Origin: Candidatus Acidiferrales bacterium
GTDB taxonomy: Bacteria; Vulcanimicrobiota; Vulcanimicrobiia; Vulcanimicrobiales; Vulcanimicrobiaceae
Length of the DNA stretch: 59,319 nucleotides
Assembly: GCA_035502675.1 (NCBI GenBank)
Contig: DATJUC010000222.1
Coordinates: forward strand, 1-59,319
Direction of reading: 5' to 3'
The notes below the pieces were generated by a model. It was not told where the DNA came from. It worked only from the letters and a program-made list of their open reading frames with translations, and made no database searches. This document shows, piece after piece, positions 43,545-54,803 of this stretch. Made by a program: the position numbers and the translations under genes. Numbering within the stretch: position 1 is the stretch's first letter; every line of letters begins with the position of its first letter.

Positions 43545-46529
43545 ATGACGATACGCCGCTCACTTCGCGCGTGCATCGTGTGTGCCGCGCTGCTCTGCGC
43601 GCTCGCGAGTGCCGCCGTCGCCTCGGACTACGGCAATCTGCGCTACCGGCCGATCGGGCCGGCGATCTCGGGAGGGCGGACGACGGCCGTCGCCGGCAGC
43701 GACCGCGACCCGCTGCTGTACTACGCCGGGGGCGCCAACGGCGGAGTTTTCAAGAGCGCCGACGGGGGCGCGTCGTGGACGGCGGTTTTCGATCGCGAAC
43801 CGGCGGCGGCGATCGGTGCGATCGCTCTCGATCCGCGCGACGACGACGTCGTTTGGGTCGGAACCGGCGAAACCAACCCGCGCAACGACGTTGCACCCGG
43901 CGACGGCATCTACCGCTCGAGCGACGGTGGACGAACCTGGACGCATCTCGGGCTCGAACCGACGCACGCGATCTCGAGCATCTCGATCGATCCGCGCGAT
44001 GCGCGCAACGTTGCCGTCGGCGCGCTTGGCCGGGTTTTTGCGGACAGCACGGCGCGCGGCGTCTACGTGACGCGGGATGGAGGCGCTCACTGGCGCCGGA
44101 CGCTCTACATCGGACCCTCGAGCGGCGTCTCCGATTTGGTACGCGTTCCCGGCCGGCCGTCGACGCTGTTCGCGGGCGTTTGGCAGTTCCGGCGCCAGCC
44201 GTGGATGCTGACGAGCGGCGGGCCGCTCGGCGGGATCTACCGCTCCGACGACAACGGCGCGACCTGGCGAAAACTGCAAGGACGAGGGTTACCCGCCGGT
44301 TTGACGGGGCGCATCGGACTTTCGGCCGCTGCCGGGGATCGCATCTACGCGATCGTGCAGTCGAAGCAAGGCGATCTTTGGCGCTCGGAAGACGGCGGTG
44401 CGACCTGGCACGTCATGCCGCACAGTTCCTACGTCGGCGATCGGCCGTTCTACTTCAGCCGCATCTTCGCCGATCCCGCCAATCCGAACCGCGTGATCGA
44501 CGTCGGTCTCATTCTGTCGTTGAGCAAGGACGGCGGCGCGACGTTCCATCCAATCGCCACCAACGCGGGTTGGGACTATCACGTCGCGTGGTGGTCGCGC
44601 GACGGACGGCGCGTCGTCGTCGGCAGCGACGAAGGCGTCGTCGTCTCGGGTGACGGTACCGCGAACTTTTGGCAGCCGTACGATCTGCCGTTCGCGCAGC
44701 CGTACCACGTCGGTTTGGGCACGACGCTGCCCGCGTACCGGGTCTGCGTCGGCTTGCAGGACGACAACTCGTGGTGCTCGTGGTCTTCGGTCTTCAATAC
44801 CGCCGGCGTGCTCAACCGCGACTGGGAGCAGATCGGTCCCGGAGACGGAATGTGGGCGCTGCCCGACCCGGCCGATCCGGATTTGATTTGGAGTACGTCG
44901 ACGAACTCCGACACCGGACAGGTCTATCTCTTCGATCCGAGGACTCAGCAGGCGTCCGAGGTCTCTCCGGTCGCGCGCAGCAATGCCGAGGCGCCGTCGA
45001 CCCTCAAGTACCGGTTCAACTGGGACACGCCGATTGCGTTTACCAACGACGCGCACCCGCAAGCGCTCGTGGGCGGCAACGTCGTTTTCGAAAGTTCCGA
45101 TCGCGGAGAGCACTGGACGGTCGTGAGTCCGGACCTCACTCGCAACGACCCGTCGCATCAGCAGGCGTCCGGCGGACCGATCGGCCTCGACATTTCGGGG
45201 GCCGAGACCTCGGATACGATTCTCGATATCGAAGTTTCGAAAAATCAACCCGGAACGTGGTGGGTCGGGACCGACGACGGGCTCGTGCAGCTCACGCGCG
45301 ACGCCGGTCAGCACTGGACCGACGTCACGCCGCCGGGTGCTCCGGCCTGGGGACGGGTCGCGATCGACGCGAGCGGCCTGGCGGCGGGAACGGCTTACGC
45401 GGCCTTTGACGATCATATGAACGGCGACGATCGTCCGTATCTCTTCGCGACCGACGACTACGGAAAGACTTGGCATTCGATCGCCGGGAATTTTCCGCGC
45501 GAGGATTTCGTGCGTACGATTCGCGAGGACGACAAGGATCGCAACCTGCTGTATGCCGGCTCGCAGCGCGGAATTTTCGTTTCTTACGACCGGGGTGCGT
45601 CGTGGACGTCGCTGCGCTTGAACATGCCGGCGACTGCGATCTACGATCTAGAGATCCAGCCGCAGGCCGACGATTTGGTGGTCGCTTCGCACGGACGAGG
45701 CGTTTGGATTCTCGATGCGTTGACCTCGCTGCGCGAGCTGCCGCAGGCGAGGTCGAGCGCGGCCACGCTGTTCGCGCCGCGCGACGCCTACGAAATGGCT
45801 CAATACGCGCCGGTCAACGTTTTTTCGGGCGGCTTGCCCGACAACGAGTTCGTCGGCGAAAACGCGCCGTACGCGGCCATCGTCGACTACTACCTCGCGC
45901 GCAAGCCCGCGCGCGCACCCCGGATCGAAATCGCCGACGCTTCCGGGCGCGTCGTTCGGCACCTCGACGGCAACGACGTCACCGGCGTAGCCGGCGTCAA
46001 TCGCGTCGCCTGGGATCTCAGCGAAGACGGTCCCGTGCAATGGAAGGGGACGTTCGAAGAAAACCAGGGCCCCAAGGAGGGACCGCTGGTCGTCCCCGGA
46101 CGCTATACCGTGCGGCTGTCGGTCGACGGGCGCTCGTACGAGCAGCCGCTCACCGTCGAGGCGGATCCTCGCGATCCCGACCGGGCCCGCTACGTCGCGC
46201 GTCACGACTTCCTGACCGGGATCTACGCGGAACTCGGAACCGTCGACACGTGGTTGAACGCGCTCGACGACCGCTTGAAGCGGGCGACGCCGGCTCAGGC
46301 GGCGCCGCTGCGAGCGTTCCAGCGCCGGCTCACTTACGGGCCACGCAACGTGGAGGACCTCGAGGCGCCGCAGGGGCTGCGCGAACGTTTGCTCGACGTT
46401 CTCGCCCGGATCGGCGGTTCGAACCAGACGCCGACGGCGGCCCAATCCGAGGAGGCCGCCGCCATCAAGGCTCTCTACGACCAGCTCGCCGCGCAGTACG
46501 CGGCGTTGCCATCCCAATCCACCCGCTAG
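43545..46529 (+). CDS. Secreted sortilin/VPS10-type BNR (Asp-box) repeat beta-propeller protein, about 994 aa (paralogue B)
   Basis: ATG at 43545 gives the signal peptide MTIRRSLRACIVCAALLCALASAAVAS. Repeats: SADGGASW, SSDGGRTW, TRDGGAHW, SDDNGATW, SEDGGATW, SKDGGATF, SSDRGEHW, TRDAGQHW, TDDYGKTW, SYDRGASW. Collinear with the protein at 8339..11371. Confidence 0.8.
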   Translation: MTIRRSLRACIVCAALLCALASAAVASDYGNLRYRPIGPAISGGRTTAVAGSDRDPLLYYAGGANGGVFKSADGGASWTAVFDREPAAAIGAIALDPRDDDVVWVGTGETNPRNDVAPGDGIYRSSDGGRTWTHLGLEPTHAISSISIDPRDARNVAVGALGRVFADSTARGVYVTRDGGAHWRRTLYIGPSSGVSDLVRVPGRPSTLFAGVWQFRRQPWMLTSGGPLGGIYRSDDNGATWRKLQGRGLPAGLTGRIGLSAAAGDRIYAIVQSKQGDLWRSEDGGATWHVMPHSSYVGDRPFYFSRIFADPANPNRVIDVGLILSLSKDGGATFHPIATNAGWDYHVAWWSRDGRRVVVGSDEGVVVSGDGTANFWQPYDLPFAQPYHVGLGTTLPAYRVCVGLQDDNSWCSWSSVFNTAGVLNRDWEQIGPGDGMWALPDPADPDLIWSTSTNSDTGQVYLFDPRTQQASEVSPVARSNAEAPSTLKYRFNWDTPIAFTNDAHPQALVGGNVVFESSDRGEHWTVVSPDLTRNDPSHQQASGGPIGLDISGAETSDTILDIEVSKNQPGTWWVGTDDGLVQLTRDAGQHWTDVTPPGAPAWGRVAIDASGLAAGTAYAAFDDHMNGDDRPYLFATDDYGKTWHSIAGNFPREDFVRTIREDDKDRNLLYAGSQRGIFVSYDRGASWTSLRLNMPATAIYDLEIQPQADDLVVASHGRGVWILDALTSLRELPQARSSAATLFAPRDAYEMAQYAPVNVFSGGLPDNEFVGENAPYAAIVDYYLARKPARAPRIEIADASGRVVRHLDGNDVTGVAGVNRVAWDLSEDGPVQWKGTFEENQGPKEGPLVVPGRYTVRLSVDGRSYEQPLTVEADPRDPDRARYVARHDFLTGIYAELGTVDTWLNALDDRLKRATPAQAAPLRAFQRRLTYGPRNVEDLEAPQGLRERLLDVLARIGGSNQTPTAAQSEEAAAIKALYDQLAAQYAALPSQSTR

Positions 46530-46578
46530 AGGTGAGACCTGCAACCAATTCAGGCAGCCGCCGTATCATGAAGCGTAA

Positions 46579-49203
46579 ATGAACGTAGATAAGATGACGG
46601 AGCGTGTTGGCGAGGCTCTCAACGCCGCCTATACGCGTGCCCTGCACGAGCATAATACGCAAACGACGCCCGAGCACATGCTCGCGGCGCTTTTGGAGCA
46701 GGAGCGCGGCATCGCTCCCGACATCGTCGCCAAGGCCGGCGCCGATCCGAAGGCGCTGGCGCGCGCGGCCGACACCGCGATCGGGCGCCTTCCGCGACTG
46801 AGCGGCGCGAATGCCGACAGCGCGCAGGTCACGCTCTCGCCGGAGCTCAGCCGGATCATGAGCGCCGCCGAGAACGAGGCCAAGGCGCTGCAAGACGACT
46901 ACACGTCGGTCGAGCACGTGCTCCTTGCGATGGCGCAATCGAGCGGCGAGGTCGGGCGTCTCTTCCGCGATGCCGGCCTGACGCGCGACAAGCTGCTGCA
47001 AGCGCTGCGCGACGTGCGCGGCAACCAGCGCGTGACGACCAAGGATCCCGAAGGTACGTACAAATCGCTGGAACGCTACGGGCGCGATCTGACGCTCGAG
47101 GCCGAACGGGGTAAACTCGATCCGGTCATCGGCCGGGACGAGGAGATCCGGCGCGTCATTCAAGTGCTCTCGCGGCGCACCAAGAACAACCCCGTCCTGA
47201 TCGGCGAACCCGGCGTCGGCAAGACCGCCATCGTCGAAGGACTGGCACAGCGCATCGTTCGCGGCGACGTCCCCGAAGGTTTGAAGAACAAACGCATCGT
47301 CGCGCTCGACATGGGCGCGCTGATCGCCGGCGCCAAGTACCGCGGCGAGTTCGAAGAGCGTCTCAAAGCGGTTCTCAAGGACGTCGCCAACTCCGAAGGA
47401 CAGATTTTGCTCTTCGTCGACGAGCTGCACACGGTCGTGGGCGCTGGGAAGGCCGAAGGCGCGATGGACGCGGGCAATTTGCTCAAACCTATGCTGGCGC
47501 GCGGCGAGCTCCACATGATCGGCGCCACGACGCTCGACGAATACCGCAAGTATATCGAGAAGGACGCCGCGCTCGAACGCCGTTTCCAACCGGTCTTCGT
47601 GGACCAGCCCAACGTCGAGGACACCATCTCGATCCTTCGCGGGCTTCGCGAGAAGTACGAAACGCATCACGGCGTGCGCATCAAGGACGCCGCGCTGGTT
47701 GCGGCCGCGGTGCTCAGCAACCGGTACATCGCCGATCGCTTCCTGCCGGACAAAGCGATCGATCTCGTCGACGAGGCGGCTGCCAAGCTGCGGACCGAGA
47801 TCGACTCGATGCCGCAAGAGCTCGACGAGGTCTCGCGCCGCGTGATGCAGCTCGAGATCGAGCGCGAAGCGCTCAAGAAGGAGAGCGACAGCGCGAGTCA
47901 CCGCCGTTTGGAGACGCTCGACAAAGAGCTGGCCGAGCTCAAGGATCGCCAAACGAAGCTGCGGCTGCAGTGGGACGCCGAGAAGAATGCGGCGACCAAG
48001 CTGCAAGCGCTGCGCGAACAGATCGAGCAGACGAAAGTACAGATCGAGCAAGCCGAACGGCAATACGACCTCAATCGCGTTGCGGAGCTGCGCTACGGCA
48101 AGCTCGCGCAGCTGCAGAAGGATCTCGCGGCCGAGGAGGGACGGCTTTCCGGCAAAGACGGCCGGCTGTCGAAGGAAGAAGTCGACGAGGATGACATTGC
48201 CGAGGTGATCGCGCGCTGGACCGGGATCCCGGTCTCCAAGCTGCTGGAGGGCGAGATCCAAAAGCTGCTGCACCTCGAAGACGAGCTGCACAAACGCGTC
48301 ATCGGCCAGGACGAAGCCGTCGATGCCGTGGCCGAAGCGGTGTTGCGCTCGCGTTCCGGATTGGCCGATCCGAATCGCCCGATCGGCTCGTTCATTTTCC
48401 TCGGACCGACCGGCGTCGGAAAGACCGAGCTGGCTCGCGCGCTGGCGGAGTATCTGTTCGACGACGAGCATGCGATGATCCGCATCGACATGTCGGAGTA
48501 TCAGGAGAAACACACGGTCGCGCGCTTATTGGGCGCGCCTCCGGGATACGTCGGTTACGACGAGGGCGGTCAGCTGACCGAAGCCGTGCGGCGCCGGCCG
48601 TACTCGGTGATTCTTTTCGACGAGGTCGAGAAGGCGCACCCCGACGTCTTCAACGTCTTCCTGCAGATCTTGGACGACGGCCGCTTGACCGACGGTCAGG
48701 GCCGTACGGTCGACTTCAAGAACACCATCGTCATCATGACGTCCAACGTCGGAAGCCATCGGATCCTCGACTACAAGGGTTCGTTCAGCGGCGCCGATTA
48801 TGCGATCATGCGCGCGACCGTGCTCGACGAGCTCCGTCAGCATTTCCGTCCCGAGTTCCTCAATCGCGTCGACGAGATCATCGTCTTCCACGCGCTGAGC
48901 GAGAAGCAGCTCGAAGAGATCGTCGAGATCCAGCTGCAGCGTCTGCGTAAACGGCTGGGCGACCGCCGGATCGCACTCGTGCTCGACGAGGCGGCGAAGC
49001 GGCACATCGTCAAAGTCGGATACGATCCGAACTATGGAGCGCGTCCGCTCAAGCGCACGATCCAGAAGGAGCTCGAGACGCCGCTGGGACGCAAGATTCT
49101 CGCGGGCGAGATCCGCGACGGCGATACGGTCGAAGTAGGATTCGACGAAAACCGGGGCGAGCTGACGTTTGCGTCGCGCGCCCCGGAACCCGTTCCGGCC
49201 TGA
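46579..49203 (+). CDS. clpB: ATP-dependent disaggregase ClpB
   Basis: 874 aa. Clp N-domain, Walker A motifs [15 protein letters not shown] and [15 protein letters not shown], and a long coiled-coil middle domain between the two AAA+ modules. Confidence 0.97.
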   Translation: MNVDKMTERVGEALNAAYTRALHEHNTQTTPEHMLAALLEQERGIAPDIVAKAGADPKALARAADTAIGRLPRLSGANADSAQVTLSPELSRIMSAAENEAKALQDDYTSVEHVLLAMAQSSGEVGRLFRDAGLTRDKLLQALRDVRGNQRVTTKDPEGTYKSLERYGRDLTLEAERGKLDPVIGRDEEIRRVIQVLSRRTKNNPVLIGEPGVGKTAIVEGLAQRIVRGDVPEGLKNKRIVALDMGALIAGAKYRGEFEERLKAVLKDVANSEGQILLFVDELHTVVGAGKAEGAMDAGNLLKPMLARGELHMIGATTLDEYRKYIEKDAALERRFQPVFVDQPNVEDTISILRGLREKYETHHGVRIKDAALVAAAVLSNRYIADRFLPDKAIDLVDEAAAKLRTEIDSMPQELDEVSRRVMQLEIEREALKKESDSASHRRLETLDKELAELKDRQTKLRLQWDAEKNAATKLQALREQIEQTKVQIEQAERQYDLNRVAELRYGKLAQLQKDLAAEEGRLSGKDGRLSKEEVDEDDIAEVIARWTGIPVSKLLEGEIQKLLHLEDELHKRVIGQDEAVDAVAEAVLRSRSGLADPNRPIGSFIFLGPTGVGKTELARALAEYLFDDEHAMIRIDMSEYQEKHTVARLLGAPPGYVGYDEGGQLTEAVRRRPYSVILFDEVEKAHPDVFNVFLQILDDGRLTDGQGRTVDFKNTIVIMTSNVGSHRILDYKGSFSGADYAIMRATVLDELRQHFRPEFLNRVDEIIVFHALSEKQLEEIVEIQLQRLRKRLGDRRIALVLDEAAKRHIVKVGYDPNYGARPLKRTIQKELETPLGRKILAGEIRDGDTVEVGFDENRGELTFASRAPEPVPA

Positions 49204-49205
49204 GG

Positions 49206-51212
49206 TTACCTGAAGCGATCGGCGATGTAGTCGATCCAGTAGTGGTAGATGTCGGCGATTCGGACCGGATCGGACGGGAAGTGGCCGGCGATCGGCCAGA
49301 CCCTCAACGTCGCGTCCTTATGGTTGTCGCGGAGCGCCCGCCAGTACATCGACGACGTCGCGAACGGATCGCGGTTGTCGCCGACGTCGGAGAGAATCAA
49401 GACCGGCGTGGTGACGTCGGCGACGTACGAGATCGCCGACACCGCACGCCACTCGGCAGCGTTGTCGCCCACGAACGGCGAGCCGTGCAACAACGCCAGA
49501 TCCTCCGAGCTGTCGTCGGCGGTGCCGTAGTCGGTGATCCAATCGTTGACCGACGCGCCCGAAACGGCGGCACGCCAAAAATGATACTTCGAGATGAGCC
49601 AGGCCGTCATGATTCCGCCGTACGACCATCCGGATACGGCGATCCGTGCTTCGTCGACGATCCCGCGAGCGCGTACCGCGTCGAGCGCCGCGACGATGTC
49701 TTTACCGGGACCGTCCTCGGGATCGTAAAGGATGGCGTGCTGGTACGCGTACCCGAGATTCGGACTCCCGCGATAGTTGGGCCGTAGGACGAGCCAGCCG
49801 CGTGCGGCCATGACCTGCGCCCAGAAGTCGAACGTCATCGCCGTGGGATCGCCCGGGCCGCCGTGAATGAAGACGACGACCGGGTATTTCCGGTCCGGCG
49901 TAAAGCCGGGAGGAAGGTAGAGCAGGCCGTCGCCGGTCACGCCCGTCGTGGTCGGGAAGGAGATCGGCTCCGCCTCGCTCCATGCGACCTGCGACAGTGC
50001 GGCGTTGAAATCGGAGATCTTGGTCGCGGGCGCGCCGGGCGCGAGCGCGAACAGCTCGGGCGGCTGCGCGGTCCACGTTCCGACGAATGCGAGCGTACCG
50101 TCGCTCGCAAGCGCGTGGCGCAGTTCGGGCGTCTCGGCGCCGCCCGTCGTCGACAGCGGAATGCCGGGCGTCACGTCGCCCGGCCGAAGCCGTGCGAACG
50201 TGCCGTCGAGCGAGATCCGGTAGAGCCCGTTGGTGAGACCGTCCGGGGCGGTCGCGATCAGCGTCTTGGAATCGTGCGACCAGACCGCATCGCCGATCGG
50301 GCGATCGATCTTGCCCGAGATTTCGGTTCCGGCGCCGCCCGCCGGCGTCGTGACGTACAGCTGCGAGAGCGCGACCTGTGAGTCGCCGTCGGTATAAAGA
50401 TAGGCGATGTGCTTTCCGTCCGGCGCAAAGATCGGGTCGACTTCCCACATCGTGCGTCCGGTCAACGCGCGCGCCGCTTTGGTCGCGACGTCGACCAGCT
50501 CGGCGTGCGATTCGTTCTGATCGTTCAGAATCGCGTCGACGTATTGCGTGTACGCGATCGTCTTGCCGTCGGGCGACCACGACGGCGAAGCGTCGCTATG
50601 CGTGCCGAAGGTCAGCTGCGTCGCAGTTCCGCCGGCAAGAGCGATCGTATAGAGATGGTCCGGTTGCGGCGCCGAGTGCGCGACGATCGGCTCGGTCGTG
50701 AAGATGAAGCTGTCTTCAAAGCGCGCGGCTCCCGTTTTCTTCGGCTCGGGATCGGTCGCGGCGAACGCGAAGGCACGTCCGTCGGGTCGCCAGGCGAACT
50801 CGTCGACGTCCGCTCCCGCGTGCGTGATCTGCCGCGCGACGCCGCCGTCGCGCACAATCACGAACAGCTGCGCGTGCGCGTCGTCGCCGCTGCCCGCGTC
50901 GGCCAAGAATGCGATCGACGTTCCGTCGGGCGAGAATTGCGGGGCGTCCAGCCCCTTACGGTTACGCACTAGGACGTGAACCCGATGCGAAACGAGATCG
51001 ACGGTGACCAGATCGCTGTCGCTTCGGTCGTCGTTCCACACGGTTCTCGAAACGACGGTTGCGACCAGCTTCCCGCCGGGACCCATCGCCGGCGTGCCGA
51101 CGTTGACGACGTCCTTGAAGTCGCCGGCGGTAACGCTCGCTCCCGCCGCCGCGGCGTCCGGAACGGAGCAGGAAAAGCAGAACAGCAGTATGGCCGCGAG
51201 TCGAGTGCGCAT
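49206..51212 (-). CDS. S9-family serine peptidase (prolyl oligopeptidase / acylaminoacyl-peptidase type) with an N-terminal beta-propeller
   Basis: Internal ATG at 51212 of ORF 49206..51611 gives the signal peptide MRTRLAAILLFCFSCSVPDAAAAG (668 aa). TolB-like propeller repeats (SPDGTSIAF, SPDGKTIAY, APDGKHIAY). Catalytic Ser motif VSGWSYGG. Confidence 0.85.
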   Translation of the reverse strand: MRTRLAAILLFCFSCSVPDAAAAGASVTAGDFKDVVNVGTPAMGPGGKLVATVVSRTVWNDDRSDSDLVTVDLVSHRVHVLVRNRKGLDAPQFSPDGTSIAFLADAGSGDDAHAQLFVIVRDGGVARQITHAGADVDEFAWRPDGRAFAFAATDPEPKKTGAARFEDSFIFTTEPIVAHSAPQPDHLYTIALAGGTATQLTFGTHSDASPSWSPDGKTIAYTQYVDAILNDQNESHAELVDVATKAARALTGRTMWEVDPIFAPDGKHIAYLYTDGDSQVALSQLYVTTPAGGAGTEISGKIDRPIGDAVWSHDSKTLIATAPDGLTNGLYRISLDGTFARLRPGDVTPGIPLSTTGGAETPELRHALASDGTLAFVGTWTAQPPELFALAPGAPATKISDFNAALSQVAWSEAEPISFPTTTGVTGDGLLYLPPGFTPDRKYPVVVFIHGGPGDPTAMTFDFWAQVMAARGWLVLRPNYRGSPNLGYAYQHAILYDPEDGPGKDIVAALDAVRARGIVDEARIAVSGWSYGGIMTAWLISKYHFWRAAVSGASVNDWITDYGTADDSSEDLALLHGSPFVGDNAAEWRAVSAISYVADVTTPVLILSDVGDNRDPFATSSMYWRALRDNHKDATLRVWPIAGHFPSDPVRIADIYHYWIDYIADRFR

Positions 51213-51238
51213 GGGGTCGCGGTTCGACGCGGCGAGCG

Positions 51239-52045
51239 CTACACCCGGCGAGCGAAGAGGCGCGCCGCGTGCGGCCCGAGCAAACGCGTCAACACGTCGA
51301 CGCGGCGCGCCTCGCGTCCGATCAAGAGCCGGTCGCGCTTGCGCTCCAGCCCGTCTAAAATCGCGGAAGCTGCGTCGGCCGGCGCGATCGTGAGAAAGCG
51401 TTCCTCGAACGCCTTGGTTCGTGCGGCTGCGACCGCCGGGTCGACGGCGGCGGCGACCCGCGCCGAGCGCGCGATCGCGGTGGCAATTCCGGCCGGGTGA
51501 ACGGTCATCACGTGAACGTTGGTGTCGAGCAGCTCCCCGCGCAGGGATTCGCCGAACCCGCGCACCGCGAACTTGCTGGCCGCGTAGGCGGACTGGCCGG
51601 GCGGCGCCCACAAACCGAAGAGACTCGAGACGTTCACGATTGCCGCCTCGGGCCGCTGCAGCAACGCCGGCAAAAACGCCTTTACGCCGTAGACGACGCC
51701 CCAGAAGTTAACGTTCATCAGCCACGCAAACTCGTCGCTGGCGATCTCGAGGACCGATCCGTACAGTGCGACGCCGGCATTGTTGACCAAAACGTCGACG
51801 CCGCCGTGCGCGGAAACGGCGGCAGCGGCGAACGTTCGCACGGCCGCCTCGTCGGCGACGTCGACGACGTGCGTGGAGACGCGGCCGGGACTGCCGCTCA
51901 CACGCTCGCGCGTCTCCGCCAGGCCCTTCGGATCGACGTCGGCGAGTGCGAGGTGCGCGCCGCGACGCGCGGCCAGCTCGGCCAGCGCTCGCCCGATGCC
52001 GGACCCGGCGCCGGTGATCGCCACGACGCGGCCGCCGACTCTCAC
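51239..52045 (-). CDS. Short-chain dehydrogenase/reductase (SDR) family oxidoreductase
   Basis: The GTG at 52045 of ORF 51239..52315 gives MRVGGRVVAITGAGSGIGRALA (268 aa). NNAG motif and catalytic YAASKFAVRG. Confidence 0.85.
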   Translation of the reverse strand: MRVGGRVVAITGAGSGIGRALAELAARRGAHLALADVDPKGLAETRERVSGSPGRVSTHVVDVADEAAVRTFAAAAVSAHGGVDVLVNNAGVALYGSVLEIASDEFAWLMNVNFWGVVYGVKAFLPALLQRPEAAIVNVSSLFGLWAPPGQSAYAASKFAVRGFGESLRGELLDTNVHVMTVHPAGIATAIARSARVAAAVDPAVAAARTKAFEERFLTIAPADAASAILDGLERKRDRLLIGREARRVDVLTRLLGPHAARLFARRV

Positions 52046-52052
52046 CTGGTGC

Positions 52053-54803
52053 TTACAGCCCTTCGTCGAGAAGCGCGTTGAACCGTAACGGATCGACGGC
52101 GTCGGGACGATCGAAATCCATACCGCGTGTCTGCGCGATCCACCACGCAGCTCCTCGTCGCGGCAGCAAAACCGCGGTTCGCGGCGCTTTCTGCGCGCAC
52201 TCCGGCTCCAATCCGGCGCGCACGGGCGGCCGGCAGAGATCGCCCGGGAGCACCGCCGCGTACCGGTCGCGGGTGTCGGGCGCCGTCGTGAAGGCTTGCG
52301 ACATGTCGGGTGCATTGGCGTCGAAAATGCTCAAGTGCCCGATGCCCAAAAGGTCCTCGATCGTGCGCAGCATCGCGACCGTGTCGTAACGCGCGTGGAC
52401 GACGGTCCGACGCCGCGTGTATGCGGAAATTGCGTAGGCAATCGAGCGGTGAGAGTCGACGTGATCGGGACCATCCTGGGCATCGTCCTCGAGAACGAAG
52501 ATGGCGGTATCCTTCCAATAGCGCGAATGCGATACGGTCTGCACGAGCAGTCCGAGCGCGTAGTCGTCGTCGGACATCTGCAGGTACGGCGTGTTCAACC
52601 CGCCCACGTTGGTCGCAAAGTTGCCGAAGTGATCCATCATCAGGCAGACCGCTTCAAAATCGGGCAGATCGCCGCGGCGCACGTATCCGTCGAACTCGCG
52701 TTTCCACTCCTCGTAACGATACCGGTCGGGAACGTTGAGATCCCAGCCGCGATAGTACCGGTCGGTGATGCCCCGGAGCGAGGGCTGTACCGGCGGCGAC
52801 TGGAGCGCGCGCTTCGCGTACGCAGCGCGCACGATCGGAATGTAAAAGGGCACGCCGATGGTGTAGTAGGTCTGGTCCGTATACAGGCCGTAGTGGCGGA
52901 CGCTCTTGCCGGCGCGCCGGGCGGCGTCCCAGACGTATCCGGTTGCGGCGACGTCGCGGGTGCCGGGAAGAATGGCCGACGATCCGCTCGGATCCAGCAG
53001 CGTCGTCAGCCGCGCGCCAAACGGCGTCGTTCCGCCTTTCTCCGGCAGAGCCACGTTCAGCAGCCGATTCGTACCGTTGGTGTCGAGCGAAAAGCCATCG
53101 CTTGCGTACTCGATCGGCGTAACGCGCGTCGTGTACTCGTTGGCGCGTGCTTGCGTGCTCCAATTCCAGCCGTCCCCGCTCACGTCGCCGCTGGTGTAGA
53201 AATTGTCGAACGTCACGAACTGGCGTGCCAGCTCGTGATGGTTCGGCGCGATGGCGTAAGGAAACGAGGTCAGGCGCGGATCGCCGTCGGCGTTCGGCAG
53301 GTCGCCGAGCACCTGGTCGTACGTGCGGTTCTCCTTCATGATGAAGATCACGTGGCGAATCTTGCCGCGCAGCGCTTGGACGATCGCGTCGGGACGGCGC
53401 CGTACGAATCCGTTGTTCGCATCGACCGTCGCGCTCAGCGACTGCAGCTCCGTATCGGAAGGAACCGGAATCTCGAGCACGTCGGCCTTTTCGAGGTCGA
53501 GCACGTACTGATCGCGATGCGACGGGTCCGGACGCCGGCTGCCGACGATCGCGACGAACGCACCGAGCCCCGGATTCGGCCCCGACGGACTCTTTGCGTC
53601 GGCGACGAGCAGCCGGTCTCCGGCGAGCGTGAGGGCGGTCGGATACCAGCCGGTCGGGATGCGTCCGGCGATCGTCCCGGTGTCGAGATCGACGACCGCG
53701 ACGGCGTTTTCGCCCCCGAGCGAGACGTAGAGCCGGTGAGACGTCTCATCCAGTGCGAGGCCGTTCGGATTGGCTCCGCGATACGGCTGCCCGGGCCGGT
53801 CGACCGAAATGCGCCGGGTCAGCCGCAGCGTTGCGGTGTCGATCTCGTCGACTTCGTCCAAGTCGCCGTTGGCTGCGTACAGCCGCGAGCCGTCGTGCGA
53901 AAGCAGCAGCGCGTTGGGTGCGCCGCCGACCTCAACGAACGCCGGGCGTCCGCCCGCGATCGCCGCGACATCGCCGTCGCGTAGCGAGCTTGCGTACACG
54001 GCTTCCAATCCGCCGTTCGCATTCGAGCGAACCGCGATGCCGTAGGGGTACTCGCCTACGGCGCGCGTCGATCCCGGCTCGAAGAGCGGAATCTCGGCCG
54101 CCGGCCGCCGCGTCGCGGTGTCCACGATCGTCACCGAGTCGTTTTGCATGTTGGCGACCGCCAGCGTGCGTCCGTCGGCGGTCAGGCCGATGCCGGCGGC
54201 CAGCGCGCCGAAGCGGAGCGGAAAGGCTCCGCCGCGCCGGCCGGCGAGCGTGTGCGACAGAATGCTTCCGTCGTACGACGGGATCGGCGAACGTTGCCGG
54301 CGGTCGTGGCCGAGCAGCACTTCGGGTGCTTCGAAAACAAAGGTTTCGCCGCGGCGCGCGTAGACCGCAATCCGGTCGTCGATTCCGCCGGAGACGTAGA
54401 AGCGCGTTCCGTCCGGCGCCCACGCGATTCCGCAGAACGCGTCGGGAATCGCGAGATGCTGGAGCGGATGAAGTCCCTGCGGCGTGACGCCGTAGAGGAA
54501 GATCCACTGCGTCAGCTCCGTCGTCGCTCTGACCACCCGGCCGGTGACGGGATCGCGCAGCGGAAAACGGATCTCGGCTCCGTCTGGGCGGTAATATTGA
54601 TAGTTGTAGCCGCTCGTCAGCACGGCCAGGGTTCGTCCGTCGGGGCTGAGCGCGGTCGCCATGGCGCCGCTCGCGTCGGCGTTGCCGTCGGCGCGCAATC
54701 CCGTCGCCAGCCGAAGCATGGTCGAACCCGCCGCGGCCAGCGGCGTGATGCTCTGCCCCGTTGGAAGCACGACGCCGGCGGCAAGAACGAGCGCGAGCAG
54801 CAC
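52053..54803 (-). CDS. Fusion protein: N-terminal YncE-like beta-propeller plus C-terminal phosphoesterase (phospholipase C / AcpA family) domain
   Basis: 916 aa. Repeated SPDGRTLAV / APDGTRFYV / TADGRTLAV / SHDGSRLYA propeller motifs, then IRHVIFIMKENRTYDQVLGDL and DGPDHVDSHRS, typical of the phosphoesterase family. GTG start, short hydrophobic N-terminus. Confidence 0.8.
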   Translation of the reverse strand: MLLALVLAAGVVLPTGQSITPLAAAGSTMLRLATGLRADGNADASGAMATALSPDGRTLAVLTSGYNYQYYRPDGAEIRFPLRDPVTGRVVRATTELTQWIFLYGVTPQGLHPLQHLAIPDAFCGIAWAPDGTRFYVSGGIDDRIAVYARRGETFVFEAPEVLLGHDRRQRSPIPSYDGSILSHTLAGRRGGAFPLRFGALAAGIGLTADGRTLAVANMQNDSVTIVDTATRRPAAEIPLFEPGSTRAVGEYPYGIAVRSNANGGLEAVYASSLRDGDVAAIAGGRPAFVEVGGAPNALLLSHDGSRLYAANGDLDEVDEIDTATLRLTRRISVDRPGQPYRGANPNGLALDETSHRLYVSLGGENAVAVVDLDTGTIAGRIPTGWYPTALTLAGDRLLVADAKSPSGPNPGLGAFVAIVGSRRPDPSHRDQYVLDLEKADVLEIPVPSDTELQSLSATVDANNGFVRRRPDAIVQALRGKIRHVIFIMKENRTYDQVLGDLPNADGDPRLTSFPYAIAPNHHELARQFVTFDNFYTSGDVSGDGWNWSTQARANEYTTRVTPIEYASDGFSLDTNGTNRLLNVALPEKGGTTPFGARLTTLLDPSGSSAILPGTRDVAATGYVWDAARRAGKSVRHYGLYTDQTYYTIGVPFYIPIVRAAYAKRALQSPPVQPSLRGITDRYYRGWDLNVPDRYRYEEWKREFDGYVRRGDLPDFEAVCLMMDHFGNFATNVGGLNTPYLQMSDDDYALGLLVQTVSHSRYWKDTAIFVLEDDAQDGPDHVDSHRSIAYAISAYTRRRTVVHARYDTVAMLRTIEDLLGIGHLSIFDANAPDMSQAFTTAPDTRDRYAAVLPGDLCRPPVRAGLEPECAQKAPRTAVLLPRRGAAWWIAQTRGMDFDRPDAVDPLRFNALLDEGL

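Noticed and set aside
46538-46582. Possible promoter hexamers (CCTGCAA ... CCGTATCAT, loosely sigma-32- or sigma-70-like) and a 4-codon uORF (ATG AAG CGT AAA TGA, 46568-46582) whose stop overlaps the clpB ATG.
   Set aside because: The hexamer matches are weak and the spacing is ambiguous. There is no SD for the mini-ORF, and a 4-codon ORF is expected by chance. I cannot support it as a feature from sequence alone.
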